Shown here: positions 37,626 through 47,200 of the stretch, in pieces
Layout of the letters: the number at the start of each line of letters is the position of its first letter
Position numbering within the stretch: position 1 is the first letter of the stretch
Source: Ignavibacteriales bacterium
GTDB taxonomy: Bacteria > Bacteroidota > Ignavibacteria > UBA10030
Direction: 5' to 3'
DNA: 54,167 bases
NCBI GenBank assembly: GCA_016194505.1
Contig: JACQBK010000009.1
Coordinates: 1 to 54,167, forward strand
Program-made: the position numbers and the translations under genes
Notes under the pieces: model-generated
Databases searched by the model: none
The model's input: only the letters and a program-made list of their open reading frames with translations
What the model was told of the DNA's origin: nothing

Positions 37626-38447
37626 ATGAAAAATAATTTGCTGAAACTCTTGAGTGCGCTGGTTATTGTTTCTTGCACAACGCAAGCGCAAATCTCCGTG
37701 ATCGGAGAGCTTAGCCAAGATAGGCAAGCGCGCCCCGGCGAAAAATATGACGGCGTGATTATAGTGAAGAACGACACCAATGAGCCGCAAGAAGCAAGAA
37801 TATACCAGACAGATTATCTTTTCTATTTCAACGGCACGAATAACTACGGAGAGCCGGGCACGATGTCTCGGTCGAACGCAAAGTGGGTTACGTTCAGCCC
37901 ATCGTATCTAACCGTGCCGCCACAAAGCACGGTGTCCGTCAATTTTACGGTAACGATACCGCCCACGATGACAGATGGCAAGAAACTTGTCGGTACATAT
38001 TGGAGTATGCTGATGGTGGAAGGCATTGCCAAAGGCTCTGCCGAATCTTCCGCCCCGAAGGATCCCAAAAAAGCGCAAATGGGTATTAGCCAGACGATTC
38101 GGTACGGCATTCAAATTGCAACCCACATTGCCCAAACGGGCACGAAGCAGATCAATTTTGTCGATGCGAAGATGATGACAAAAGCCGATGGAGGGCGATT
38201 CCTTCAAGTAGATATTGAAAACACCGGCGATCTCGGCTTACGACCCGATGTCTATGTCGAGCTTTTCGATGACAAAGGAGCCTCAAAAGGGAAATATTCC
38301 GGTGTAAAATATCGCCTTTACCCAGGCACATCCGTTCGGCAAATGATCGACTTAACCGCTGTTCCAAGCGGAAATTATAAAGCGGTGGTGGTGGTAGATG
38401 CCGGCGGTGATGATGTCTATGGCGCGCAATATACTTTGAAATTTTGA
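37626..38447 (+). CDS. Periplasmic two-domain Ig-like protein, putative pilus chaperone
   Basis: Signal peptide; IIVKNDTNEP, WVTFSP..LTVPP, GTYWSMLMVE, IENTG, LYPG, GNYKAVVVVDAG pattern reminiscent of PapD/DUF916-like chaperones. Confidence 0.6.
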   Translation: MKNNLLKLLSALVIVSCTTQAQISVIGELSQDRQARPGEKYDGVIIVKNDTNEPQEARIYQTDYLFYFNGTNNYGEPGTMSRSNAKWVTFSPSYLTVPPQSTVSVNFTVTIPPTMTDGKKLVGTYWSMLMVEGIAKGSAESSAPKDPKKAQMGISQTIRYGIQIATHIAQTGTKQINFVDAKMMTKADGGRFLQVDIENTGDLGLRPDVYVELFDDKGASKGKYSGVKYRLYPGTSVRQMIDLTAVPSGNYKAVVVVDAGGDDVYGAQYTLKF

Positions 38448-38456
38448 GTCCGCACC

Positions 38457-41360
38457 GTGAACATTTTTTGCAACATATATCCGGTTGTTTCCAGCCGGAT
38501 TTTTTTTCTCTTTCTTGGATTTCTGTCTTTCATGCAGAATGGCTGGTCGTTCCAAGAGCAGGGAATTCTTGTAAAGCCTGCTAATGAGTCCCGCATTCAA
38601 GCCCAACCTGGAAAAATTATCACTGTTAGTTTCAGCGTTACCAACGCAACGACGTCAAAGCAACAGTACGAAGCGCGTCTTGTTTTGCCTGCTGGCTGGA
38701 GGGCTTTTGTAAAAGAAACTCCCTTTGAGCTTTCAGCAAATCAAAGTGATATAAGGCTCGTCAGTTTTTTCATTGCTTCGGAAACTCCCGCCGGTCAATA
38801 CGAAGTGCAATATTCAGTAAAAGATAATGCCGTGCTTCCACACACCGCCGACGGTATTCTTCAAGTGGCGATCAGCGCGGTCAGGCAGATTGAATTGAAA
38901 TTGCTCGAATCCCCGCGCTTTGTTGTCGCTGGAGCCCCGTACAAGTCAACGTTTCTTCTTACAAACAAAGGGAACACATATAGCTCCGTTCGATTGTCGG
39001 TCAATAGCCCAAATGATTTTCCGGTTCAGCTTGATTCTTCCCGAATTCATTTAGCGCCTAAAGAAAACCGCTCCATTGTTATACAAGTTACAACTGATGC
39101 TGAGCTTACAGAAAAAATTCAACATGCCGCAGAATTGGTTGGTGTCGTTGAACAAGATTCTTTGATCACTGTTCGAGCGACCAGCGCTGTGGAAGTAATT
39201 TCGCGTGCATCCAATGCTATTGAACAGTATCAATTGTTGCCGTTGTTGGCAAAACTTCGTTTTGTGGGAGAAAAAGAATCGCCCGCCACACAGCTTGAAA
39301 TTAGCGGTTCAACTTCCTTGACGGAAGACAGAAAAGACCGCCTGAACCTCCTTATCAGAACACCGGATACCCAAACCCGTTCAATCTTGGGTCAACGAGA
39401 TGAATATTATCTTGGCTATCAGCGTGAGGGATATGAACTGTACTTCGGCGATAGGAACTTCAGTCTCTCTCCTTTGACAGAGTTCGGTCGTTACGGTTTT
39501 GGTGCTGGAGGTAAGATAACGGTCCAAGATGTTAGCGTAGGTGGCTTTTATAACGAGAGCCGTTTTATCGTCCCCCAGCAGAAAGAGTATGCCGGATTTT
39601 TGAGCTATAAAGTTCGGGAAGGAACCGAGCTTGGCGTCAACTACCTCAAAAAAAACGATCCGAAAGAAAGTGATATTGTCACGGTACGCAGTTTAGTGAA
39701 GCTATTTACCAATACTGATGTGGATGTGGAATATGGCGTTGGCTCAAGCGGCAATACCAAAGATGATGCCTATTCTGCGCGGATCAATGGGAGGGAGAAA
39801 TGGATTTCTTATGATGTGCGTTATGTACGCGCAAACCCTCAGTACCCGGGTTATTTTAAGGATCTCGATTTTAAAACAGTAAGCCTTAATATCATTCCGA
39901 TGAGCGGTTTAAGAGTGGAAGCCTATGCGCGCGACGAGCAGCGAAATCTGAGACTGAGACAAGATACGATGCTGTTCTATGCTCCCCGTGATCAATATTA
40001 CCAACTCGGCGTCGGGTACTCGGATTTTCTTTCGATGTATTACAGAATCAATGTGCAAGAGGACCGTCTGCCAAACTCCAAGTATAACCGTTCTGAAGAA
40101 ATGATTCAGATCAGAGCGGGCTATAATTTCCCGTCAATAAATTTTCTTGTCAATGCCGATCTCGGCACAACGACGGATAAATTACTCCAAAAGGACAGTC
40201 CTTCCCGGCGATATTCTCTATCCACAAATTTCAGGCCGATAGATAATCAGAGTTACGGTTTATCCGTGGAATATTCGAAAGACCAAAATTTATTTAACGA
40301 TGAGACTCAAGAACGCCTTTCTGCAAGTTTCAGCATGTGGGTGCTTCTTGGCGCAAGAACCCAGCTCACCGCCAGCTTCTACGGAAGCAAAACGAGCGCC
40401 GAGGTAGAGCAAACATACAGTCTCATCGAGATTGCACTTGAGCATGCATTTCCTTTCGGACATAAGATTGCAATGCGAGGGAGGGAGACATTCATCACTC
40501 CCGCGACCGAAGGAAGAGAAATTGCTTACTCCGCGGAATATTCCATTCCGCTAAACATTCCTTTAGCACGATTAAAAAATGCCGGGCAGCTTCGCGGCAA
40601 AGTGATAGATGTGGAAACAGGCAAAGGGACAGAAAATGTATTGCTGTATGTCGGTGGGGCAACGGCTGTTACAGATCGTTTGGGTGAATTTTTCTTTCCG
40701 GCGTTGAAGCCTGAGACGCAGTTCCTTCAAATTGACATGTCAACCATTGGGTTGAACCGCGTTCCATCGCAACCTATGCCGAAAGAAGTGGTGATCAGAG
40801 GTGGGGAGGAAGCACGAGTTGATATCGGTGTTGTGCGAAGCGCTACAGTTTCCGGTGTTATCACGCTGCACGGTTTTGCGAAAACAGAAACCGGAGACAG
40901 TACGGCAGGTCCCATTGTGGAGCTTGGAGGACATCCCAGTGCTGTGCTTGAATTATCCAACGGTGTTGAGGTGAACCGTCGTGTTGCCGATAATCGCGGA
41001 CGCTTTGTCTTTGCAGATATTCGCCCCGGCAAATGGAAATTACAAGTGATTGATGGAAACCTTCCTGAGTTCCATTTTCTTGAGAAGGACGCGATTGAGC
41101 TTGAACTACAACCGGGAATGAAAGAAGAAGTTAGTTTCAAAGTGTTGCCGCGCAAACGGAAAATTCTCATACTGCAAGAAGGAAAAGTCCTTGAAGCTGG
41201 TAAGCCGGCTGAGCAAAAGAAACCGACGGTGACCCCAACTCAACCCGTGCAAAAGCAGAGTGTTACGCCAACTCGGCCTAAAAAGAAACGGGTTGAGCAG
41301 AAAAAACCTGCGAAGTCCAAAACTCAGCCGAAACCAAAACAGGTTGAAAAAAAGAATTGA
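38457..41360 (+). CDS. Large exported protein, putative usher-like outer-membrane assembly platform
   Basis: Signal peptide, two N-terminal Ig-like repeats (FSVTN, LLTNKGN), long aromatic alternating beta-strand region, two C-terminal prealbumin-like domains (TDRLGEFFF, ADNRGRFVF), Lys/Pro tail. Confidence 0.55.
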   Translation: MNIFCNIYPVVSSRIFFLFLGFLSFMQNGWSFQEQGILVKPANESRIQAQPGKIITVSFSVTNATTSKQQYEARLVLPAGWRAFVKETPFELSANQSDIRLVSFFIASETPAGQYEVQYSVKDNAVLPHTADGILQVAISAVRQIELKLLESPRFVVAGAPYKSTFLLTNKGNTYSSVRLSVNSPNDFPVQLDSSRIHLAPKENRSIVIQVTTDAELTEKIQHAAELVGVVEQDSLITVRATSAVEVISRASNAIEQYQLLPLLAKLRFVGEKESPATQLEISGSTSLTEDRKDRLNLLIRTPDTQTRSILGQRDEYYLGYQREGYELYFGDRNFSLSPLTEFGRYGFGAGGKITVQDVSVGGFYNESRFIVPQQKEYAGFLSYKVREGTELGVNYLKKNDPKESDIVTVRSLVKLFTNTDVDVEYGVGSSGNTKDDAYSARINGREKWISYDVRYVRANPQYPGYFKDLDFKTVSLNIIPMSGLRVEAYARDEQRNLRLRQDTMLFYAPRDQYYQLGVGYSDFLSMYYRINVQEDRLPNSKYNRSEEMIQIRAGYNFPSINFLVNADLGTTTDKLLQKDSPSRRYSLSTNFRPIDNQSYGLSVEYSKDQNLFNDETQERLSASFSMWVLLGARTQLTASFYGSKTSAEVEQTYSLIEIALEHAFPFGHKIAMRGRETFITPATEGREIAYSAEYSIPLNIPLARLKNAGQLRGKVIDVETGKGTENVLLYVGGATAVTDRLGEFFFPALKPETQFLQIDMSTIGLNRVPSQPMPKEVVIRGGEEARVDIGVVRSATVSGVITLHGFAKTETGDSTAGPIVELGGHPSAVLELSNGVEVNRRVADNRGRFVFADIRPGKWKLQVIDGNLPEFHFLEKDAIELELQPGMKEEVSFKVLPRKRKILILQEGKVLEAGKPAEQKKPTVTPTQPVQKQSVTPTRPKKKRVEQKKPAKSKTQPKPKQVEKKN

Positions 41361-41451
41361 AAGTTATTCCATCTCAACTAAATACAAACTGGTCCAAGTA
41401 AGAATATTCGCGGCGTGAAGTAAAATCTCCTCGACATTGTCTTTATCCTAC

Positions 41452-41477
41452 AAAGCCACTCATAAAGTGGCTTTTTT
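41452..41477 (+). terminator. Rho-independent terminator
   Basis: AAAGCCACT-CATAA-AGTGGCTTTTTT. Confidence 0.8.
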
Positions 41478-41633
41478 CTTTTTCTACCTGTTCTTCCGCA
41501 CCCCTTTTCCCTCACCAACATTGTTTTCACTAAGTCTTTCTGTAGAATTTACAGAGCAAAAAAAGGGGCAAATCAAAGCATTCTCCCATTAATTAAAACA
41601 GCCTGCATTTTCAGGGTTTTTTGCACGAAAAAG

Positions 41634-41669
41634 CTCTCATTATGAATCACTTATTGGCATCAGGTTTGA
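41634..41669 (+). promoter_or_regulatory. UAS-like site adjacent to a sigma54 promoter
   Basis: CTCTCATTATGAATCA (41634-41649), then TGGCAT-CAGGT-TTGA (41655-41669). Confidence 0.6.
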
Positions 41670-41687
41670 GGCAGTTACAATAAAGCC

Positions 41688-42263
41688 ATGGAAAACAAAA
41701 CTCAAACGAAATTTAACGAAGAACCCTTGACAATGAAGACCACTTTCGCTTATCTTTTACAAACAATGAGAACATCTCTCCCTAAGTCCCTTATTATTTT
41801 GATACTTACCTTTGTGCTGAATACTATTCTTTTGGCACAAGAGGGGAGTAGTGTTACACAATCCGTAACAATTGAAGTAAAGCCTATCTCGAAACTTGCC
41901 GTTACCGGAAATCCCAATGCTCTTGTCATCAATAATGCGATCGCAGGTTCGGAACTGAATGCCGTCAGTGACAATAACACCAAGTACAGTATGCTGACGA
42001 ACATGGATAACATGAAAATAGTTGCTTCAATTGACAATGCAATGCCGGACGGAACGAAGTTGATGATCAAATTGGGAAGCACAAAAGGTAACAGCGCGGG
42101 TATCATTGATCTTTCCAATGCGTTAACGCCGGTGGATGTTGTAACAGGCATCGGTAAAGGAAGCGAAAACAGTCAATCCATAGTTTATACGTTTGCGGCG
42201 AATGCCAATGTTGGGCAGATAGAGTCGCAATCACGCAACATCACATTAACATTGACCAATTGA
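41688..42263 (+). CDS. Secreted pilin-like protein 6
   Basis: LLA|Q, VTQSVTIEVK, GNPNAL, VSDNNTKY, DVVTGIGKG, RNITLTLTN; aligns by eye with proteins 1 and 2. Confidence 0.7.
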   Translation: MENKTQTKFNEEPLTMKTTFAYLLQTMRTSLPKSLIILILTFVLNTILLAQEGSSVTQSVTIEVKPISKLAVTGNPNALVINNAIAGSELNAVSDNNTKYSMLTNMDNMKIVASIDNAMPDGTKLMIKLGSTKGNSAGIIDLSNALTPVDVVTGIGKGSENSQSIVYTFAANANVGQIESQSRNITLTLTN

Positions 42264-42270
42264 GCGCACG

Positions 42271-42729
42271 ATGAAATCTCTCACACTCATATTGATCATC
42301 GTTGTTTCTTGTGCAGGAGCGTATGCGCAAAATTCTCCCAAAGCAGTTCAAGCTGTTACGTTTGCGGTGAACTCTTCCCATTATTCTTCATTCGTTGGCT
42401 CCAAGTCGTTGACGATTCCGTTTTCAAATGCAACATCGAACACTACGTCGCTGGTCTTCAATAGCGACGCAAAAGCGTCGAAAAAAATTACGGTCGCGTT
42501 AAACTCCTCATTACCGAATGGAGTTGCGCTTCGTTTGAATGTAATGCAGCAAAATGCGGATGCCCCCGTTCAAAAAATTATATCCGCGACGCCAAGTGAA
42601 ATTGTTGTCCGATCCTTCTATAACGCAGGGGAGTCATTGCGCAAAATTCAGTTGCAGTACAGCGCCACGAAAACAGGCGTTGCTGTTCCCTCAACCGATC
42701 AAACCGTTATCTACACAATCACAGACTGA
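42271..42729 (+). CDS. Secreted pilin-like protein 7 (divergent)
   Basis: AYA|Q, AVQAVTFAVN, KKITVAL, LQYSA, QTVIYTITD. Confidence 0.6.
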   Translation: MKSLTLILIIVVSCAGAYAQNSPKAVQAVTFAVNSSHYSSFVGSKSLTIPFSNATSNTTSLVFNSDAKASKKITVALNSSLPNGVALRLNVMQQNADAPVQKIISATPSEIVVRSFYNAGESLRKIQLQYSATKTGVAVPSTDQTVIYTITD

Positions 42730-42958
42730 GCGGATTTTCTCACTCCCGGTGTTACCCATCTCCTTTTTTTAATCTGTTTTCCATTTCTTTCCCTTTCTTT
42801 TCCTTCAAGTTTCTCTCTAAGTTACTCTTTTCCCAAAAATCTAATACAGTTTCCACGCCAGATGCGAATACGTGTACCCTGTCGTTTGGCGCGTGAGCCT
42901 TTGGCTAAAAAAAGTAATATTATCATTCTTTAAGAACTTAGCCGTGGAAGTGCTGTAG

Positions 42959-42990
42959 ATGACCGTCACCTACAAGGTGACGGTCATTTT
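42959..42990. repeat. REP-like or terminator hairpin
   Basis: ATGACCGTCACC-TACAA-GGTGACGGTCAT followed by T's. Confidence 0.6.
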
Positions 42991-43279
42991 CTTTTTTCCA
43001 TTCCCACAGATTTCGTGCCGATTTTTTTCTCTCCATCACTCTCCGATTTCTGCTTCGCTCAAACTCTCTTTTCTCGTTTTTGACACTCTAAAAAAACCTG
43101 TCTGTAAAATTTCTTCGTTTTAAACATCTCATCTACGGTCTATACCGTAGCTCTCTACGCTTCACACCTCATTTTTAAAATTACGGTAATCATTCTATGG
43201 TATAACGAGCCATTTTCGGGGAAATTTGTAACCGAAAGCGATGAAGTATTTTAACCTCATTCATTCTATGGAGTGCATT

Positions 43280-43687
43280 ATGGAACCAATCAAAGTTCTT
43301 ATCGCCGACGATCATAAAGATTTTCGCAAGGTCGTTCGCGATTTCTTAAACAGGCTTCCGAATATTTCTGTCGTTGGTGAAGCGATTGACGGCTTCGACG
43401 TCATCGAGAAGATGGAGCAATTGGATCCTGACATTGTCCTTATGGATATAGCGATGCCGCATAGAAACGGCCTGGACGCAACGCGCATCATTAAACAGCG
43501 CTGGCCCGGAAAAAAAGTTTTTATTGCGACAATGAACGATGACCCCATGTATCGTTTGCAAGCGCAGCAAGTGAAAGCAGACGGTTTTATTCTCAAATCC
43601 TCTCTCAAACCGACTCTCGAAGCGACACTGTGTAACGGCGGGCAAATGACAGTGCCCGTGCCGCCTTTGATTGTGAAACATCGTTAA
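43280..43687 (+). CDS. Stand-alone NarL-like receiver domain protein
   Basis: LIADDH, LMDIAMP, GFILK; no output domain; ATG 43280 after GGAG. Confidence 0.88.
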   Translation: MEPIKVLIADDHKDFRKVVRDFLNRLPNISVVGEAIDGFDVIEKMEQLDPDIVLMDIAMPHRNGLDATRIIKQRWPGKKVFIATMNDDPMYRLQAQQVKADGFILKSSLKPTLEATLCNGGQMTVPVPPLIVKHR

Positions 43688-43753
43688 ACCTCAACATGAG
43701 CAAACTAATAATCATCATTCATATTTCCACTCATCATAATAAGGAGCAACATC

Positions 43754-44158
43754 ATGAACACTATCAAAATTCTTGTGGCGGATGATCACGAAGGATTTCG
43801 TCATTCGCTTTCTTCGTTTCTCAGAACCCAGGAGGGCGTAGAGATTATTGGAGAAGCATCAGACGGAATTGAAGCGGTTAATTTAACCGAAAAACTCCAT
43901 CCCGATCTCGTCCTGATGGACCTGGCGATGCCGAAGCGCAATGGCTTCGAGGCAACAAAAGACATTAAAGAGCGATCACCGGAGACGCGCGTCATCGTTC
44001 TTTCAATGCACTCCGGCGAAACGTACAAACAGATGGCTTTGCTTAATCGTGCAGATGGTTTCATCGAGAAGGGCGCATTGAAGCTTGGCTTGCTTACGCT
44101 TCTTCGCAATGAATGCGCGCGCGCAATTGGTTTTGAGGTCGGTGCAACTGCCGCATAA
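43754..44158 (+). CDS. Stand-alone NarL-like receiver domain protein
   Basis: LVADDH, LMDLAMP, LSMH, GFIEK; no output domain. Confidence 0.9.
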   Translation: MNTIKILVADDHEGFRHSLSSFLRTQEGVEIIGEASDGIEAVNLTEKLHPDLVLMDLAMPKRNGFEATKDIKERSPETRVIVLSMHSGETYKQMALLNRADGFIEKGALKLGLLTLLRNECARAIGFEVGATAA

Positions 44159-44204
44159 TGCATTCAACTTCTTGCCGAGATAGAAGTTTGAACGAGAAAA
44201 ATCG

Positions 44205-47200
44205 TTGAAGAAAGCACCTTACATATCATCCATCAATAGGCTGTTTGCTCCAGCGCGTGCGGTTTCTACGCGTGCGTGGTTAGCGAATGGCTTTGGAGCA
44301 GTGCATCGTCTTGTGCTGTTCTTTGTGCTGGTTATTGCCTTCCAGGCAACTGCCATGGCGCAATTGGATAATATTTGGAAGGGCACTACTTCAACGGCGT
44401 GGAGCACGGCTTCGAACTGGTCTCTTAACTTAGTTCCTACGAATGCCCACAACGTTCGAATTCCTCGCGCCGCCAACCTGCCTACATTAAGCGCAGCGAG
44501 TGTTGCGCGCACTATTACCTTCATTGACTCTCTTACCGCAAGCGCAACTGCGACTCTTACTGTTGGAGCGCAAACCTTGACCGTCGGGACTACCGGATTC
44601 CCGGGTAACATCACCATCAATAATGTTGGTGTGCTGAGTATCAGTACAGGAACGGTAACACTCAGTATTGCAGGCACGATGACTCTCAACACCGGCGGGT
44701 CAATTTCGATGACCGGGGCAGGCACCATTGCCGTCAGTGGTGGGTGGACCAATAATGGCGGCACTATGAGCAATACCGCAGGCACAGTCTCGTTTACGGG
44801 TGCGGCAACCCAGACGATAGGCGGCACATCAAGCACGACATTCCCGGCAATTTCGATTGCAAATACTGCCGTGTATCAGATGAGCAATGACAACTCGGCG
44901 ACAAGTCTGACCTTTGTTGCCGGTACAACCGCAAGCTCGTTAACGCATACAGGTACAAGTACCCTAACCGTTAATGGTAATGTAACGATAAACCAGCCAA
45001 CGGCAAACACTATAACGAAAGCATGGAATATCAACGGAGGCTCTGCGACCGTTAGCGGCACGTTGACCATTGGCGGCATAAGTAATACCGCCTCGCGAGT
45101 TGCCGCTGTGGTTGTAACAACAGGCTCATTAAGTGTAACAGGTACGACAACCTTAAGTACAGGAACTAGTTCTGCGGTAGCACGGATTGCAGTTGGGACT
45201 GGTTCGGTAACATTCTCATCTGCCCTAAACCATAACGAGGGGACGTTGGCATTTACCGGCGCGGGCACGATGAATTTCGATAATACGTATGCATTTGCCT
45301 CAGGTGGGTCAGTTGCGCCTATCTTAACGACTGTGAGCGGAGCAAATCTGAATTTTGCGAACAACGTAACGGTTTCCGCAACAGGTGGGTTGACGCTTAA
45401 TGCAGGAAGTAACACTACGTTCACAGGGGCATCTACCATTACGCCAACAACAAATGTCTCGTTCGGCAACGTAACTGTTAATACCGGTGTGACGGTTACA
45501 ACGGCGACCGCCGCAGGTACATTGACTATCGCTGGAAATCTTCTCGTCAGTGGAACAGGAAATCTTGGCGGCGCTGGAACGGAGCCAGTCATACTCTCTG
45601 GTGCAAGCGCAACAATTGATGGAAGTGGTACTATTGCGGCGGCAACAACAGTCAGTGCTGCTCACTCATTCCTCAACACAGCTAATCTTACGCTCTCGGG
45701 TACATGGACAATCAATACGGGTATCACCGTTACCAATAACGGTATTGTTACTTCAATTGCGGCAGGCGGCATTGTGGGAGGCGCCGCTTCGGCAACATGG
45801 ACAAATGCCGCAGGTTCAACGCTTAAAATTTCCGGTCCATTACTGGCTACGGGAACGTTGACCGCCACCGGTAATCCGAACACGGTTGAATACACAGGCG
45901 CAGGTCAAACAGTGAAACTGCCGTCTGGCGCTCCCGCGACATATCATCATTTAACACTTTCAGGCAGTGGTACGGTAACGATGCCCGTTACAGCGATGAC
46001 ACTTAACGGTAATTTCACGACAACGGGCACCGAGTCCGCAACTGCTGGAGCAGCGCTGACAATCAACGGCGATGTCAGCCTCGGTTCGGGTACGACCTTT
46101 AATGCGAGCACGTTTACGCATATCGTTGGAAGCAATTGGACAAACAACGCAACGACTTTCACTGCCTCAACGAGTACAATAGTATTTACAGGTAGTGGCG
46201 TAAACATTGCTGGTGCGACGACATTCAACCGTGTGCGCGTTGCAGGTTCAGGCACAAAGACCTTTACGGTAAACCATACTATCAACGACAGTTTGAATAT
46301 CGTCGGTGGAACATTAGATGTCGGCAGCACAACATTGGTGGTAGGAGGCAACTTCAACAACGGTTCAACATTCACCCCTTCAACGAGTACGGTGATATTC
46401 ACAGGTACTGGCATTAACGCCTCAGGCGTCACAACATTTAACATTGTACGTATAGCGGGTGCAGGGACGAAGACCTTTACGGCAAACCATACCATCAATG
46501 ACAGCTTAAATATTGTCGCTGGAACATTAAGCGCAGGCAGCACAACCTTAGTGGTCGGAGGGAATTTCAACAATGGGGCAACATTTACTGCTTCGACCAG
46601 CACGGTAGTGTTCACCGGCAGTGGCGTTAATGTTTCGGGCGCAACGACATTCAACCGTGTGCGCGTTGCAGGTTCAGGCACAAAGACCTTTACGGTAAAC
46701 CATACTATCAACGACAGTTTGAATATCGTCGGTGGAACATTAGATGTCGGCGGCACAACATTGGTGGTAGGAGGCAACTTCAATAATGCTTCGACCTTCA
46801 CGCCATCCACCAGCACCGTTATATTCACAGGAAGCGGCATTAACGTATCAGGCGCAACGACATTTAATCGCGTACGAATTGCGAGTGCCGGAACCAAGAC
46901 CTTCACAGCAAACCACACCGTTAACGATAGCTTAAATATCGTTGCTGGAACGTTAGATGGTGGCAGTGCAACGTTGGTGGTGGGTGGCAACTTCAATAAC
47001 GCCTCGACCTTCACGCCGTCAACGAGCACGGTGGTGCTCACGGGTAGCGGCGTTAACGTCTCAGGCGCCACGACATTTAATCGGGTACGCATAGCGGGTT
47101 CAGGCACAAAGACCTTTACGGTAAACCATACTATCAACGACAGTTTGAATATCGTTGCTGGAACGTTGGATGTCGGCGGCACAACATTGGTTGTAGGTGG

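Noticed and set aside
34573-42729. Type IV pilins, type V pilins or curli as identities for the small secreted proteins
   Set aside because: No G|FxxxE prepilin site, no lipobox Cys, no curlin Q/N repeats
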